A DNA stretch of 36,396 bases from positions 1 through 36,396 of the forward strand of contig JADYXV010000020.1 of NCBI GenBank assembly GCA_020853995.1. Reading direction: 5' to 3'. Source of the stretch: Novosphingobium sp. (lineage in GTDB: Bacteria; Pseudomonadota; Alphaproteobacteria; Sphingomonadales; Sphingomonadaceae). A model generated the notes under the pieces. That model saw only the letters and a list, made by a program, of their open reading frames with translations, had not been told where the DNA came from and made no database searches. How positions within the stretch are numbered: position 1 is the first letter of the stretch; each line of letters begins with the position of its first letter. Below are positions 9,280 through 18,651 of this stretch, piece after piece. The position numbers and the translations under genes are program-made.

Positions 9280-10566
9280 TTATTCCCCGCCCTCTTCCCG
9301 CTCTATCTCGCGCCAGCCGATATCGCGGCGGCAGAAGCCTTGCGCGAAGTTTATTGCGTCAACAGCAGCATAGGCCAGATCGCGCGCCGCTTTCACGCTC
9401 GGCCCCTTGGCTGTCACGTTCAACACACGCCCGCCGCTGGCCGACAGAACGCCATCGCCCGAAAGCGTGGTGCCTGCGTGGAATACTTTGGCACCGCCTG
9501 CTTCGGCTGCGGGAATACCGTCAATCCGCCCGCCCTTTTTGGGCGTGCCGGGATAGCCTTCCGCCGCCATCACCACGGTCATCGCCACGTCGGATGAAAA
9601 GCGCGGGGGCTGGATCGCTGACAGCTTGTTATCAGCGCACGCCAGCAGCAGTTCCACCAGATCGCCTTCGAAGCGCATCATCAGCACCTGGCATTCAGGA
9701 TCGCCAAAGCGCGCGTTGTATTCGATCAGCTTCGGCCCTTCGCTGGTCAGCATAAGCCCTGCGTAAAGCACGCCCGAATAAGGATTGCCCTCGTCCGCCA
9801 TGGCCTTCACCGTTGGCGCGATGATCCGCGACAGCGTTTCTGCCTCCAGTTCGGGCGTCAGCACGCGCGCGGGGCTGTAAGCGCCCATGCCGCCGGTGTT
9901 GGGGCCGGTATCGCCATCGCCCACCCGCTTGTGGTCTTGCGCAGAGCCGAACGGCACGATGGTCGCCCCATCGGTCAGGGCAAAGAAGCTGGCTTCCTCG
10001 CCGGTCATGAACTCCTCGATCACCACTTCGGCACCGGCGGAACCGAATGCACCGTCGAACATGTCGTCCACCGCAGCCTCGGCTTCGGCCATCGTCATCG
10101 CCACCACAACGCCTTTGCCCGCGGCCAGACCATCAGCCTTGATCACCACCGGAGCGCCAAAGCGCGCCAAAGCAGCGCGCGCATCTTCCAGCGACTTTGC
10201 GCGGACATAGCCTGCGGTGGGGATCCCGGCGCGTTCGCACAAATCCTTGGTAAAGCCCTTTGATCCTTCCAGTTGCGCCGCCGCCTGACTTGGGCCGAAC
10301 ACTGAAAAGCCCGCCGCGCGCAGCGAATCCGAAAGGCCATCCACCAGCGGCGCTTCGGGGCCGACCACGATCAGGCCGATGTGATGCGTCTCGCAGAATG
10401 TCACCACGCTGGCGTGATCGGTCAGCTCCAGCGCCACCAATTGCGCATGTTCGGCAACGCCCGGATTGCCCGGCGCGGCATAGAGCTTGCCCAGCAGTGG
10501 CGATTGGGCCAGTTTCCAGCTAAGCGCATGTTCGCGCCCACCAGACCCGATCAGCAGGATATTCAT
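9280..10566 (-). CDS. purD: Phosphoribosylamine-glycine ligase
   Basis: [40 protein letters not shown] and [10 protein letters not shown]. The likely start is 10566, not the ORF-track 10911. Confidence 0.97.
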   Translation of the reverse strand: MNILLIGSGGREHALSWKLAQSPLLGKLYAAPGNPGVAEHAQLVALELTDHASVVTFCETHHIGLIVVGPEAPLVDGLSDSLRAAGFSVFGPSQAAAQLEGSKGFTKDLCERAGIPTAGYVRAKSLEDARAALARFGAPVVIKADGLAAGKGVVVAMTMAEAEAAVDDMFDGAFGSAGAEVVIEEFMTGEEASFFALTDGATIVPFGSAQDHKRVGDGDTGPNTGGMGAYSPARVLTPELEAETLSRIIAPTVKAMADEGNPYSGVLYAGLMLTSEGPKLIEYNARFGDPECQVLMMRFEGDLVELLLACADNKLSAIQPPRFSSDVAMTVVMAAEGYPGTPKKGGRIDGIPAAEAGGAKVFHAGTTLSGDGVLSASGGRVLNVTAKGPSVKAARDLAYAAVDAINFAQGFCRRDIGWREIEREEGGE

Positions 10567-12043
10567 GGCATTCCCTTCCGCGCCCGATAGCGACGACGAC
10601 ATCAACGGCTCGGGCGGGCTCCTAGCGAGGGAATCGGCTGGCGACAACGCTCCGGCCCTTTCCATCTCCGAGATTTCGCAACTGCTCAAGCGCACGGTCG
10701 AGGATCGCTTCGGCTTTGTGCGCGTGCGCGGCGAGCTTTCTGGCGTGAAGCGCGCGGCTTCCGGCCACTTGTACCTCAGCCTCAAGGACGAAAACGCCAA
10801 GCTTGACGGCGTGATGTGGCGCGGCGGTGTACAGAAACTAAGCTTCCGCCCCGAAGACGGCGTCGAGGTCATCGCCACCGGCAAGCTGACGACATATCCC
10901 GGCCGCTCCAATTACCAGATCGTGATCGACCGCATGGAAATCGCGGGCGAAGGCGCGCTGCTGGCGCTGCTCGCCAAACTGAAGGCGCGGCTTGAAGGCG
11001 AAGGCCTGTTTGATCCCGCGCGCAAAAAGGCCCTGCCGTTCCTGCCGCGCGTGATCGGCGTGGTCACATCGCCCACCGGCGCGGTGATCCGCGACATTCT
11101 GCACCGCTTGTCAGACCGCTTCCCCACGCGCGTCATCGTCTGGCCGGTGCTGGTGCAGGGCCAGGGCGCGGGCGCACAAGTGGCAAACGCCGTGCGCGGC
11201 TTTTCCAACATGCCCGCAGATGGCCCGATCCCCCGCCCCGATCTGGTAATCGTAGCGCGCGGTGGCGGCTCCATCGAAGACTTGTGGGGCTTCAACGAGG
11301 AAGACGTCGTCCGCGCGGTGGCGGAATGCTCCATCCCGATCATCAGCGCCGTGGGCCATGAAACCGACACCACCTTGTGCGATTTCGCCGCCGATCTGCG
11401 CGCGCCCACGCCGACGGCGGCCGCCGAACTCGCCGTGCCGGTGCAGGCTGAACTGGCCGCCTTCGTCGCCGATCTCAACGCCCGCCAGCGCCGCGCGCTT
11501 GCCCGCCAGCTATCGCAGGCCAAAGAGCGGCTCGAAGCGCGCAGCCAGCGCCTGCCCCAGCCGCAAACCCTGCTGCAAGGACAGGCCCAGCGCGTTGACG
11601 ATCTGGCCGACCGCTTGCGCCGCGCATTGGTCCACCGCACCGAAATTGCCGGATCGCTGCTCGCCCGCCATGCCGGAGCCTTGCGCCCCGCGCTGCTCTC
11701 CGCACGGGTATCGCGTGAACGTGAACGCCTTGCCGCGCAACGCCTGCGCCCTGAAACGCTGCTCCAGCGGATCGATCATGCGCGCGGCAAGGTCGATGCG
11801 CTCGACCGTTTGCGCCGTTCGCTTGATCCCAAGGCCCCGCTGCAACGCGGTTACGTCCTCGTCACCGCGCCCGATGGCCATGTTGTGCGCAGCCGTGCCG
11901 ATGCGGCAACGCACCCGGCCCTGCGCATCGAATTTGCCGATGGTACGCTTGATGTGGCGACCGATCTAGCGAGCCTGCCGCCACGCCCTGCGCCAAAACC
12001 GCGTCCGGTTGCATCCCCGCCCGGTCAGCAGGAATTGTTCTGA
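10565..12043 (+). CDS. xseA: Exodeoxyribonuclease VII large subunit
   Basis: [42 protein letters not shown] and [12 protein letters not shown] at 10565 after AGGA; start is inferred. Confidence 0.95.
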   Translation: MAFPSAPDSDDDINGSGGLLARESAGDNAPALSISEISQLLKRTVEDRFGFVRVRGELSGVKRAASGHLYLSLKDENAKLDGVMWRGGVQKLSFRPEDGVEVIATGKLTTYPGRSNYQIVIDRMEIAGEGALLALLAKLKARLEGEGLFDPARKKALPFLPRVIGVVTSPTGAVIRDILHRLSDRFPTRVIVWPVLVQGQGAGAQVANAVRGFSNMPADGPIPRPDLVIVARGGGSIEDLWGFNEEDVVRAVAECSIPIISAVGHETDTTLCDFAADLRAPTPTAAAELAVPVQAELAAFVADLNARQRRALARQLSQAKERLEARSQRLPQPQTLLQGQAQRVDDLADRLRRALVHRTEIAGSLLARHAGALRPALLSARVSRERERLAAQRLRPETLLQRIDHARGKVDALDRLRRSLDPKAPLQRGYVLVTAPDGHVVRSRADAATHPALRIEFADGTLDVATDLASLPPRPAPKPRPVASPPGQQELF

Positions 12044-12069
12044 AGCCACAAAGCCGCTAGGTTACCCCC

Positions 12070-12273
12070 ATGTTGATGTCCCAGAATGACCGCCTTGCGC
12101 GGATGCACTATCTCCCCGGCAGTTTGCGCCAGCTTTCCGCAGGCGATCACGTGATCTGCGCCGTATCCGGCGTGAAAATCCCGCTCGATATGCTGCGCTA
12201 CTGGTGTGCCGCGCGCCAGGAAGCCTATGCCTCGTGCGAAATTTCAACGCGCCGCCACCTTGAAGGCCAATGA
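12070..12273 (+). CDS. DUF2093-like small protein
   Basis: GDHVICAVSGVKIPLDMLRYW...QEAY pattern. Overlaps the next gene (ATGA). Confidence 0.8.
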   Translation: MLMSQNDRLARMHYLPGSLRQLSAGDHVICAVSGVKIPLDMLRYWCAARQEAYASCEISTRRHLEGQ

Positions 12274-13124
12274 TCGGCAGGCGGGAATTTATTGCCGGCA
12301 GCAGTGCCACCCTTGCAACTTTGTCGCTTGGCAACAGTCCGCCGGTTCGCGTCGCAATCGATGCGGGCGGAAAATCGACGCAAGGCGGCTGGTTGCGGGG
12401 CAGGGTTTCGCCCGGCACCCGCAGCTTGATGCTGGATGACAAACCGGTCGCTTTTGCAGCCGACGGCAAGTTCGTGATCGCGTTTGATCGTGATGCCGGT
12501 CCGGCCGCGCAATTGGTGGCGATCCACACCAACGGCAGCAGCTTTGCCATGCAGCTGTCTATCAGCCCGCGCGCGTGGAAAATTGAACATATCAATGCTG
12601 CGCGCCGCCCCGGCGGCATCACGGACGAAAATTACGCCCGCCTGCGCAAGGCGGAACTCGCCCGCATATCCGCTGCGCGCAAAATCGAAACCGGCGCGCA
12701 GGGCTGGCGGCAAGACTTCATCCGCCCGGCACCCGGCCGCTTTTCGGGCCGGTTCGGATCGCAGCGCGTCTATCGCGGTCAACCCGGCGCTTATCATTCC
12801 GGCCTTGATATTGCAGGCGGTGCAAACACACCCTTTGTCGCGCCTGCCGATGGCGTGGTGATTCTGGCGGCAGACGCGCCCTTCAGCCTGGAAGGCAATC
12901 TGCTGATGATCGATCACGGCATGGGCCTGAACAGTGCCTTCCTGCACAGTTCGCAATTGCTGGTAAAAGAAGGCGACGCCGTGATTCGGGGGCAACAGAT
13001 CGGCCGGATCGGCAGCACGGGCCGTGCAACAGGGCCGCATCTTCATTGGTCGATGAAGTGGCGCGAAAACCGGATCGATCCCATCCTGATGCTTCCTGAT
13101 GTGGTTGCAACTGCAACCCGTTAA
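12270..13124 (+). CDS. M23 family metallopeptidase with a twin-arginine-like signal
   Basis: HSGLD (HxxxD) and ATGPHLHW (HxH) zinc motifs. N-terminus MIGRREFI. Confidence 0.9.
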   Translation: MIGRREFIAGSSATLATLSLGNSPPVRVAIDAGGKSTQGGWLRGRVSPGTRSLMLDDKPVAFAADGKFVIAFDRDAGPAAQLVAIHTNGSSFAMQLSISPRAWKIEHINAARRPGGITDENYARLRKAELARISAARKIETGAQGWRQDFIRPAPGRFSGRFGSQRVYRGQPGAYHSGLDIAGGANTPFVAPADGVVILAADAPFSLEGNLLMIDHGMGLNSAFLHSSQLLVKEGDAVIRGQQIGRIGSTGRATGPHLHWSMKWRENRIDPILMLPDVVATATR

Positions 13125-13471
13125 AGCGGTGCAATAGCCCCTTGTTGCCCGAAAAGTGGTCTCTGTTGTAATTAATGACAAGTGAACCCTGGGTAAGTGT
13201 AATTTTTAGGCATCATACCCAAGCTCAGAAAACGCGGCCTTTCACGATTTCCCTAAAGGGCAGTGTTGCGGTTTTGCTACACACATTGCGGATTTATTTC
13301 TCAATTGTCATTCTTGTTTGTAACTAAGCGGCTAAATCCTCCAAACGGGGAAATCTTTTTTCGATTGCCCTGACGTTGAACCGTAATGCGGCAACACCTG
13401 GTGCGGTCGGAAAAGTGCTTGATGCCAATCTTCGGGGGCGCAGGCGGACAGGACAACAAGGGACTGACATT

Positions 13472-16351
13472 GTGAAGAATACAAACCCAATTATCCTTCG
13501 GGCAAGTACGGCATCACTCGCACTCGGCCTAGCACTGATCTCGGTGCCAGCGTTCGCGCAGGAAGCCGAAACAGAAACCGCTGATACTCAATCCATCGTG
13601 GTGACCGGCTCACGTATTTCGCGCCCTGATCTTGACAGCACAAGCCCGCTGAACGTCGTAAACTCGGCCGACATCGCTTTGCGTGCAGGTTCTGCAAACA
13701 TTGAAAATGTTTTGAACGACTTGCCACAAGTCACGGCCACGCAGACGGGCGCATCAAACAATCCTGGCGGCGGTGTTGCCACTGTAAATTTGCGCGGCCT
13801 TGGGTCGCAGCGCACTCTCGTTCTGGTTGATGGTCGCCGCTATATGTCTTACGATGTAAGCCAGACGGTAGATTTGAACACTATCCCATCCGGCTTGGTT
13901 GAACGCATTGATGTTGTAACCGGAGGACAGTCCGCCGTTTATGGTTCGGACGCAATCGCTGGCGCTGTGAACTTCGTCCTCAAGCGCGACTTTTCGGGCG
14001 TCGAACTGAATAGCAGCTACAACCTTACGGGTCGTGGCGATGGCGCGATCTTTGACGTCAACGGCATCGTTGGCGGCAACTTTGAAGACGGCCGCGGCAA
14101 TGCAACCATGTTTGTTGGTTATACCAAGCGCAAAGCTGTTTTCGCTGGTGCGCGAAACTTCTCAACCAACGTATTGAGCGACAACGGCGACGGCACGTTC
14201 AGCAGCGGCGGCGGTTCACCATCAGTCCCGCAAGGCAGCGTCAACCTGCCGGGTCTTGGCGTTGCGACCGGCCTCGGCGCCGACTGTGATCGCCAAGATT
14301 TCGCCGGTAATGTAAACTCGTGCTACATCGGAGCGACTGACGCTTATAACTTTGGACCGGTAAACTATCTGCAAGTGCCACAGGAGCGCTTCGTCGTTTC
14401 GGGCATGGCGCAGTATGAAATCAACGAAAACTTCACGCCATACGTTGAAGCCCAGTTCGTTAACAACCGCGTGTCAGCAGTTTTGGCCGCTACGCCGATC
14501 AGCAATGGTTCACCATTCCGTGACGGCACTGTAGGCAAAATCAACCTCTTCACCCAATCGCCATTCTTTACGCCAGCTTTCCGAGCAGCATTGGCAACGC
14601 TCGACACCGATGGCGACGGCCAAGTGCCAACGAACTTCAACTTCCGCACAACGCAGCTTGGCGGCCGTTTGAATGAAGATGACCGTAACGCTTACCGGTT
14701 TGTCACTGGTTTGAAGGGCGAGATCGGTAGTGGCTTCAGCTACGATGCATATTACATGTATGCCCGCACTAAGAACACGCAACGTCAGGGCGGTAACGTC
14801 GCAATTGACCGGTTCCTCGCTGCAACCACCAACACATTAGTCGGTGGCAAGCTGGTTTGCGCCGATGCCTCGGCACGCTCATCGGGTTGTGTTCCGGCAA
14901 ACATCTTCGGCGAAGGCAACCTTAGCCCGGAAGTCCTAGATTACCTCGGGATCACTGCAACCAACGTCGAAACTTATACCACCCAAGTGGCATCGGCATC
15001 GATTGTCAATTCCAATCTCTTTGATCTTGGTGCTGGCGGTGCAGGCATTGCTTTCGGCGCAGAATACCGCAAGGAAGAAGGCTCGGTTGCACCAGACACG
15101 TTCCTGGCTACCGGCAACGTCGCTGGCTTCAACCCAGGTCTACCAACTTCGGGTGGATACAGCGTCACCGAAGGCTTCGGTGAAGTCCGCATTCCCCTTA
15201 TCCGGGAAGGCTTCATCCATCGCCTCGATCTGAACGGCGCAGCACGCTATTCGAAGTACTCAAATGCGCCGGGCGATGTGTTCAGCTGGTCGGCCGGTGT
15301 TGAATTGGCACCAATCCCTGACATTACCCTGCGTGGCCAATACCAAAAGGCCGTTCGTGGACCTAGCGTCAACGAACTGTTCCTTGGCAATACTGTCAGC
15401 TTCAATGGCAATGGCGACCAATGCGGCACAGCAGCAGCGCTGTCGGGTCAAATCAACGCGATCTGTACTGCGCAGTTTAATGCAGCAGGCGCTCCGCTTT
15501 CCAACATCGGCAACCCTGCAATTCAGGATCCGTTGAACGTAAACCCGCTTTCGTTTATTGGCGGTAATGCGAACCTTCGCGAAGAAACAGCCAAGACGTT
15601 TACCGTCGGCGCTGTTTTTCAGCCTACGTTCCTGCAGGGCTTAACTGTCACAGCCGATTACTACAACATTGAGATCGACAACTACATCACGCCCGGAATT
15701 GGCCCAGATGCAATCGGCACATTGTGCTTCGGTCAGAACAACCAGACTTTCTGCGACGCGTTTGTGCGTAACTCAATCGGCGAAGTTGATTCGATCACTG
15801 ATGGCTATACCAACAGCGGTGGCCTGAAGACTTCGGGTGTTGACGTATCTGCCAACTACACGACATCACTTGGCATGATCGGTGAAAACGAGTCGCGTCT
15901 GGTTATCGGTTTTGACGGGACGCGTCTGATTACCAACGACTTTACCCCTGTTGTCGGTATTCCGTTGGAATATAATTGCGCTGGTGCATTTGGCGTAAAC
16001 TGCGGTGTCCCGACCCCGAAATGGCGTCATACGCTGCGGACCACGTTGCAGAGCGGCCCAACCACGGTCTCGTTGTTCTGGCGCTACCTGGGTTCGGCGA
16101 TTGATGACGATCCAGCGACTCTCTACGCTTCAGAACGCTTCGGTGCGGTCAATTACTTTGACGCAACGCTTGCATTCCAGGTGAACGAGCACTTCACCAT
16201 GCGCACTGGCGTCAGCAATGTGTTTGACAAAAAGCCGCTTTTGGCTGCTTCGACGCAGAATGGTGGCAATGGTGAACAGACCAACACCTTCCCCACATTC
16301 TACGATGCGCTTGGCCGCTCGCTGTTCGTCAGTGCAAAGGTCAACTTCTGA
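13472..16351 (+). CDS. TonB-dependent receptor (about 959 aa)
   Basis: GTG at 13472 after AAGGGA. Signal peptide, IVVTGSRI, NLRGLGSQRTLVLVDGRR and SAVYGSDAIAGAVNF motifs, C-terminal Phe. Confidence 0.93.
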   Translation: MKNTNPIILRASTASLALGLALISVPAFAQEAETETADTQSIVVTGSRISRPDLDSTSPLNVVNSADIALRAGSANIENVLNDLPQVTATQTGASNNPGGGVATVNLRGLGSQRTLVLVDGRRYMSYDVSQTVDLNTIPSGLVERIDVVTGGQSAVYGSDAIAGAVNFVLKRDFSGVELNSSYNLTGRGDGAIFDVNGIVGGNFEDGRGNATMFVGYTKRKAVFAGARNFSTNVLSDNGDGTFSSGGGSPSVPQGSVNLPGLGVATGLGADCDRQDFAGNVNSCYIGATDAYNFGPVNYLQVPQERFVVSGMAQYEINENFTPYVEAQFVNNRVSAVLAATPISNGSPFRDGTVGKINLFTQSPFFTPAFRAALATLDTDGDGQVPTNFNFRTTQLGGRLNEDDRNAYRFVTGLKGEIGSGFSYDAYYMYARTKNTQRQGGNVAIDRFLAATTNTLVGGKLVCADASARSSGCVPANIFGEGNLSPEVLDYLGITATNVETYTTQVASASIVNSNLFDLGAGGAGIAFGAEYRKEEGSVAPDTFLATGNVAGFNPGLPTSGGYSVTEGFGEVRIPLIREGFIHRLDLNGAARYSKYSNAPGDVFSWSAGVELAPIPDITLRGQYQKAVRGPSVNELFLGNTVSFNGNGDQCGTAAALSGQINAICTAQFNAAGAPLSNIGNPAIQDPLNVNPLSFIGGNANLREETAKTFTVGAVFQPTFLQGLTVTADYYNIEIDNYITPGIGPDAIGTLCFGQNNQTFCDAFVRNSIGEVDSITDGYTNSGGLKTSGVDVSANYTTSLGMIGENESRLVIGFDGTRLITNDFTPVVGIPLEYNCAGAFGVNCGVPTPKWRHTLRTTLQSGPTTVSLFWRYLGSAIDDDPATLYASERFGAVNYFDATLAFQVNEHFTMRTGVSNVFDKKPLLAASTQNGGNGEQTNTFPTFYDALGRSLFVSAKVNF

Positions 16352-16376
16352 TCTGAGTCTCTGAGAAACAAAAATC

Positions 16377-16408
16377 GGGGCGGCTCCTGCGGGAGCCGCC
16401 CCTTTTTT
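16377..16408 (+). terminator. Rho-independent terminator, possibly bidirectional
   Basis: GGGGCGGCTCC-TGCG-GGAGCCGCCCC followed by T6 and preceded by an A-run, between convergent genes. Confidence 0.9.
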
Positions 16409-16429
16409 GTTCCGAGAAACGCCGCGACT

Positions 16430-18229
16430 TTATCGCGCAGTATCAGGCGCTACGGGTTGGCGTACCTTCCACATCCTGATGCCGCCTGATGCGCCCGGCG
16501 ACACAGGTTCCAGCCACTCTGGCGCTTTGCCTGCGACAAGGTGTGCCATGAAGCCATCGGGGGCCAGGTCGGTGTAGATGCCGGCCTCGCCGTCTTCGGG
16601 GCAGATGACCACCATGGTTGCGCCACGCTTTGCCATGATCGCGCGGGCGCCGCGGTCAGGGCCAAGGAACGCGACGAGCAGATCGCGCATCGCAGCGCTT
16701 GCCCGGTGATGCGCCGTTGCCACCACCGTGTGCGGTGTATTGACCAGTATGGCCGGGCCCAGATCAAGCCCCGCCAGGATCGTTGTTGCAGGCATCCGGC
16801 CCAAAGCGGGCAGGGCCTTGGGCAAATTGCATGACCCCGCCGTCGATGGCCGTGCGGGTTGGCGCATGACAGCTTCCACCGTCAGGCCGATGGCTACACC
16901 GGGCACCATGAGAATGACCAGCAAGACCATGCGCGCCAACCGCCGCAACAACAACGGGTCTGCCTTCCACGCTGCAACCTGGGCACGGAACTGCCAGGCC
17001 GCCGGAATGGTCGCAAACAGGCATGAAACCGCCGAGGCACGTGTCACCAGCAGGCCAACCACAGTTGCCCCCGCCAGCAGCAGCGCCATATCCAGCCACC
17101 AGTCGCGGCTCGCCTGATCCTGTGCATTGCGCCACAATCGCCAGCACGCAATCAGGCCGAACAGGGGCAGCAGCACCATCGTGGCGCTTACCAGCAGAAC
17201 TTGCCGCCACACCGGCAGCCCTTCGGCCACCGAATCCAGCCACACCCGCTTTACCAGCGGATCAAGCGCGGCAAAGGCATCCAGCCCGACGCACTGTGGC
17301 GCACGGGTGCCCATGATGGCCAGCGCACCAAGGCCGACACCGGCCAGCATCATCAGGCTTAACGCCGGAGGACGGTGGCGCAAGCGTGGCAAGAACACGA
17401 AGCAGCAAGTGGCGCACCACAGCAATGCCATCACATGCGACGGCGACATGGCATCGCAATGCTCGGCAATGTCGGAAAAACCGCGCGTCAACACGAACAG
17501 CGCGACACTCGCCAGACCAAGACTGACCATAAAGGCGCTTAACCATTCACGCTGGCCCCGTAACAGGCGCAGGGTGCAGACGCCTGCAAAAATGATCGCC
17601 AAAGGCAGGGATTCCAGCGAGATCGCCAAGGACAGAGCCAAAGCGAGGCCGGCAAGGGTGCCACCTGCTCGCGGCCCGCGCGATGCCATGCCGTTCAACG
17701 CTACCAGCGCCAGCACGATTTGCCAGGCGTGGTGATCAATCCTCAGCGGCATCATGCGGATCGACGCCGGAATGGCCGCCACGACCATCTGCGCCGCGAT
17801 CACGCCTGCCAAAGTGCCGAACTGGCGCGCTGCCAACCGCGCCGCCAGCAACATGGCGGCTGCAAGATTCAGCAATGGGACCAATACGATGGCCATGATT
17901 TCGGCCTGTGCCTGCCCCATAAACGGACGGAACAGCAGAATGACCACTGCCAGCGGAACATCTACGATGCGCGTCCAGTGCATCGCCACACCATCGGGCG
18001 GAGCGATGCGATACTGGTGAAGATCAAACCATCCCTGCCCGTTCAGCAGATCGCGGACTTGTTGCAACCGCAGGGCATCGTCAGCGTCCATGAAACCGGT
18101 GGGGCCGATATTGCCGCGCATGGCCACCATCATCAAAACAGAGGTGAAGGCCCACAACAACAACACCGCCAGAACCGGCGTATTGGCGCGCTCTCTGGTG
18201 GACGGCGCTCCGGCCTGAATAGCCCTCAT
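16430..18229 (-). CDS. Multi-pass membrane protein, putative GT-C fold (STT3/AglB-like) glycosyltransferase
   Basis: About 12-13 hydrophobic segments, DADD in the first loop, RIDHH motif, and a soluble C-terminal domain with ILAGLDLGPAI in the position of WWDYG. Confidence 0.7.
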   Translation of the reverse strand: MRAIQAGAPSTRERANTPVLAVLLLWAFTSVLMMVAMRGNIGPTGFMDADDALRLQQVRDLLNGQGWFDLHQYRIAPPDGVAMHWTRIVDVPLAVVILLFRPFMGQAQAEIMAIVLVPLLNLAAAMLLAARLAARQFGTLAGVIAAQMVVAAIPASIRMMPLRIDHHAWQIVLALVALNGMASRGPRAGGTLAGLALALSLAISLESLPLAIIFAGVCTLRLLRGQREWLSAFMVSLGLASVALFVLTRGFSDIAEHCDAMSPSHVMALLWCATCCFVFLPRLRHRPPALSLMMLAGVGLGALAIMGTRAPQCVGLDAFAALDPLVKRVWLDSVAEGLPVWRQVLLVSATMVLLPLFGLIACWRLWRNAQDQASRDWWLDMALLLAGATVVGLLVTRASAVSCLFATIPAAWQFRAQVAAWKADPLLLRRLARMVLLVILMVPGVAIGLTVEAVMRQPARPSTAGSCNLPKALPALGRMPATTILAGLDLGPAILVNTPHTVVATAHHRASAAMRDLLVAFLGPDRGARAIMAKRGATMVVICPEDGEAGIYTDLAPDGFMAHLVAGKAPEWLEPVSPGASGGIRMWKVRQPVAPDTAR

Positions 18230-18651
18230 TGAAACACGATCCGTTTGCGCAGCAGCCAGGTTGCCGTAAAGCTGACGACGATGGCAATCACTTTCGACAG
18301 CCGCGAATCAACGCCCAGCGCCGTCCCGATGCCAACGATCAGCGTGGTCAGCGCAAGGCCGACGAGGGCAGACCCCACAAACAAGGCCTTTTGCCGGGTA
18401 CGTGCCCCCCGCTCTTCGGCCACGCTGTCGACAAACACCGCCCGGCTCGACAGCAGCCAGTGCGCCACAATGCCCAGCGAATATCCTGCCGCCGAAGCCA
18501 GCACAGGCGCCATCCCTACCGCCAGCAGCGCAAGGAACGATCCCATATCCACCGCCAGCGCGCCAACGCTGGCAAACAGATAGCGCAACAGCATCATGCG
18601 GCGCAGACGGTCGATCATCGGCTGCATCACCCCGGTTATCGCCTGGATCAA
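18226..18651 (-). CDS. GtrA family lipid-linked sugar flippase
   Basis: Four hydrophobic helices, [23 protein letters not shown] and WLLRKRIVF. Overlaps both neighbours. Start could alternatively be the ATG at 18627. Confidence 0.88.
   Translation of the reverse strand: MIQAITGVMQPMIDRLRRMMLLRYLFASVGALAVDMGSFLALLAVGMAPVLASAAGYSLGIVAHWLLSSRAVFVDSVAEERGARTRQKALFVGSALVGLALTTLIVGIGTALGVDSRLSKVIAIVVSFTATWLLRKRIVFQ

Noticed and set aside
10567-10911. 115-aa N-terminal extension of PurD in the ORF track
   Set aside because: It is antisense to xseA, and the family N-terminus [13 protein letters not shown] starts at 10566.
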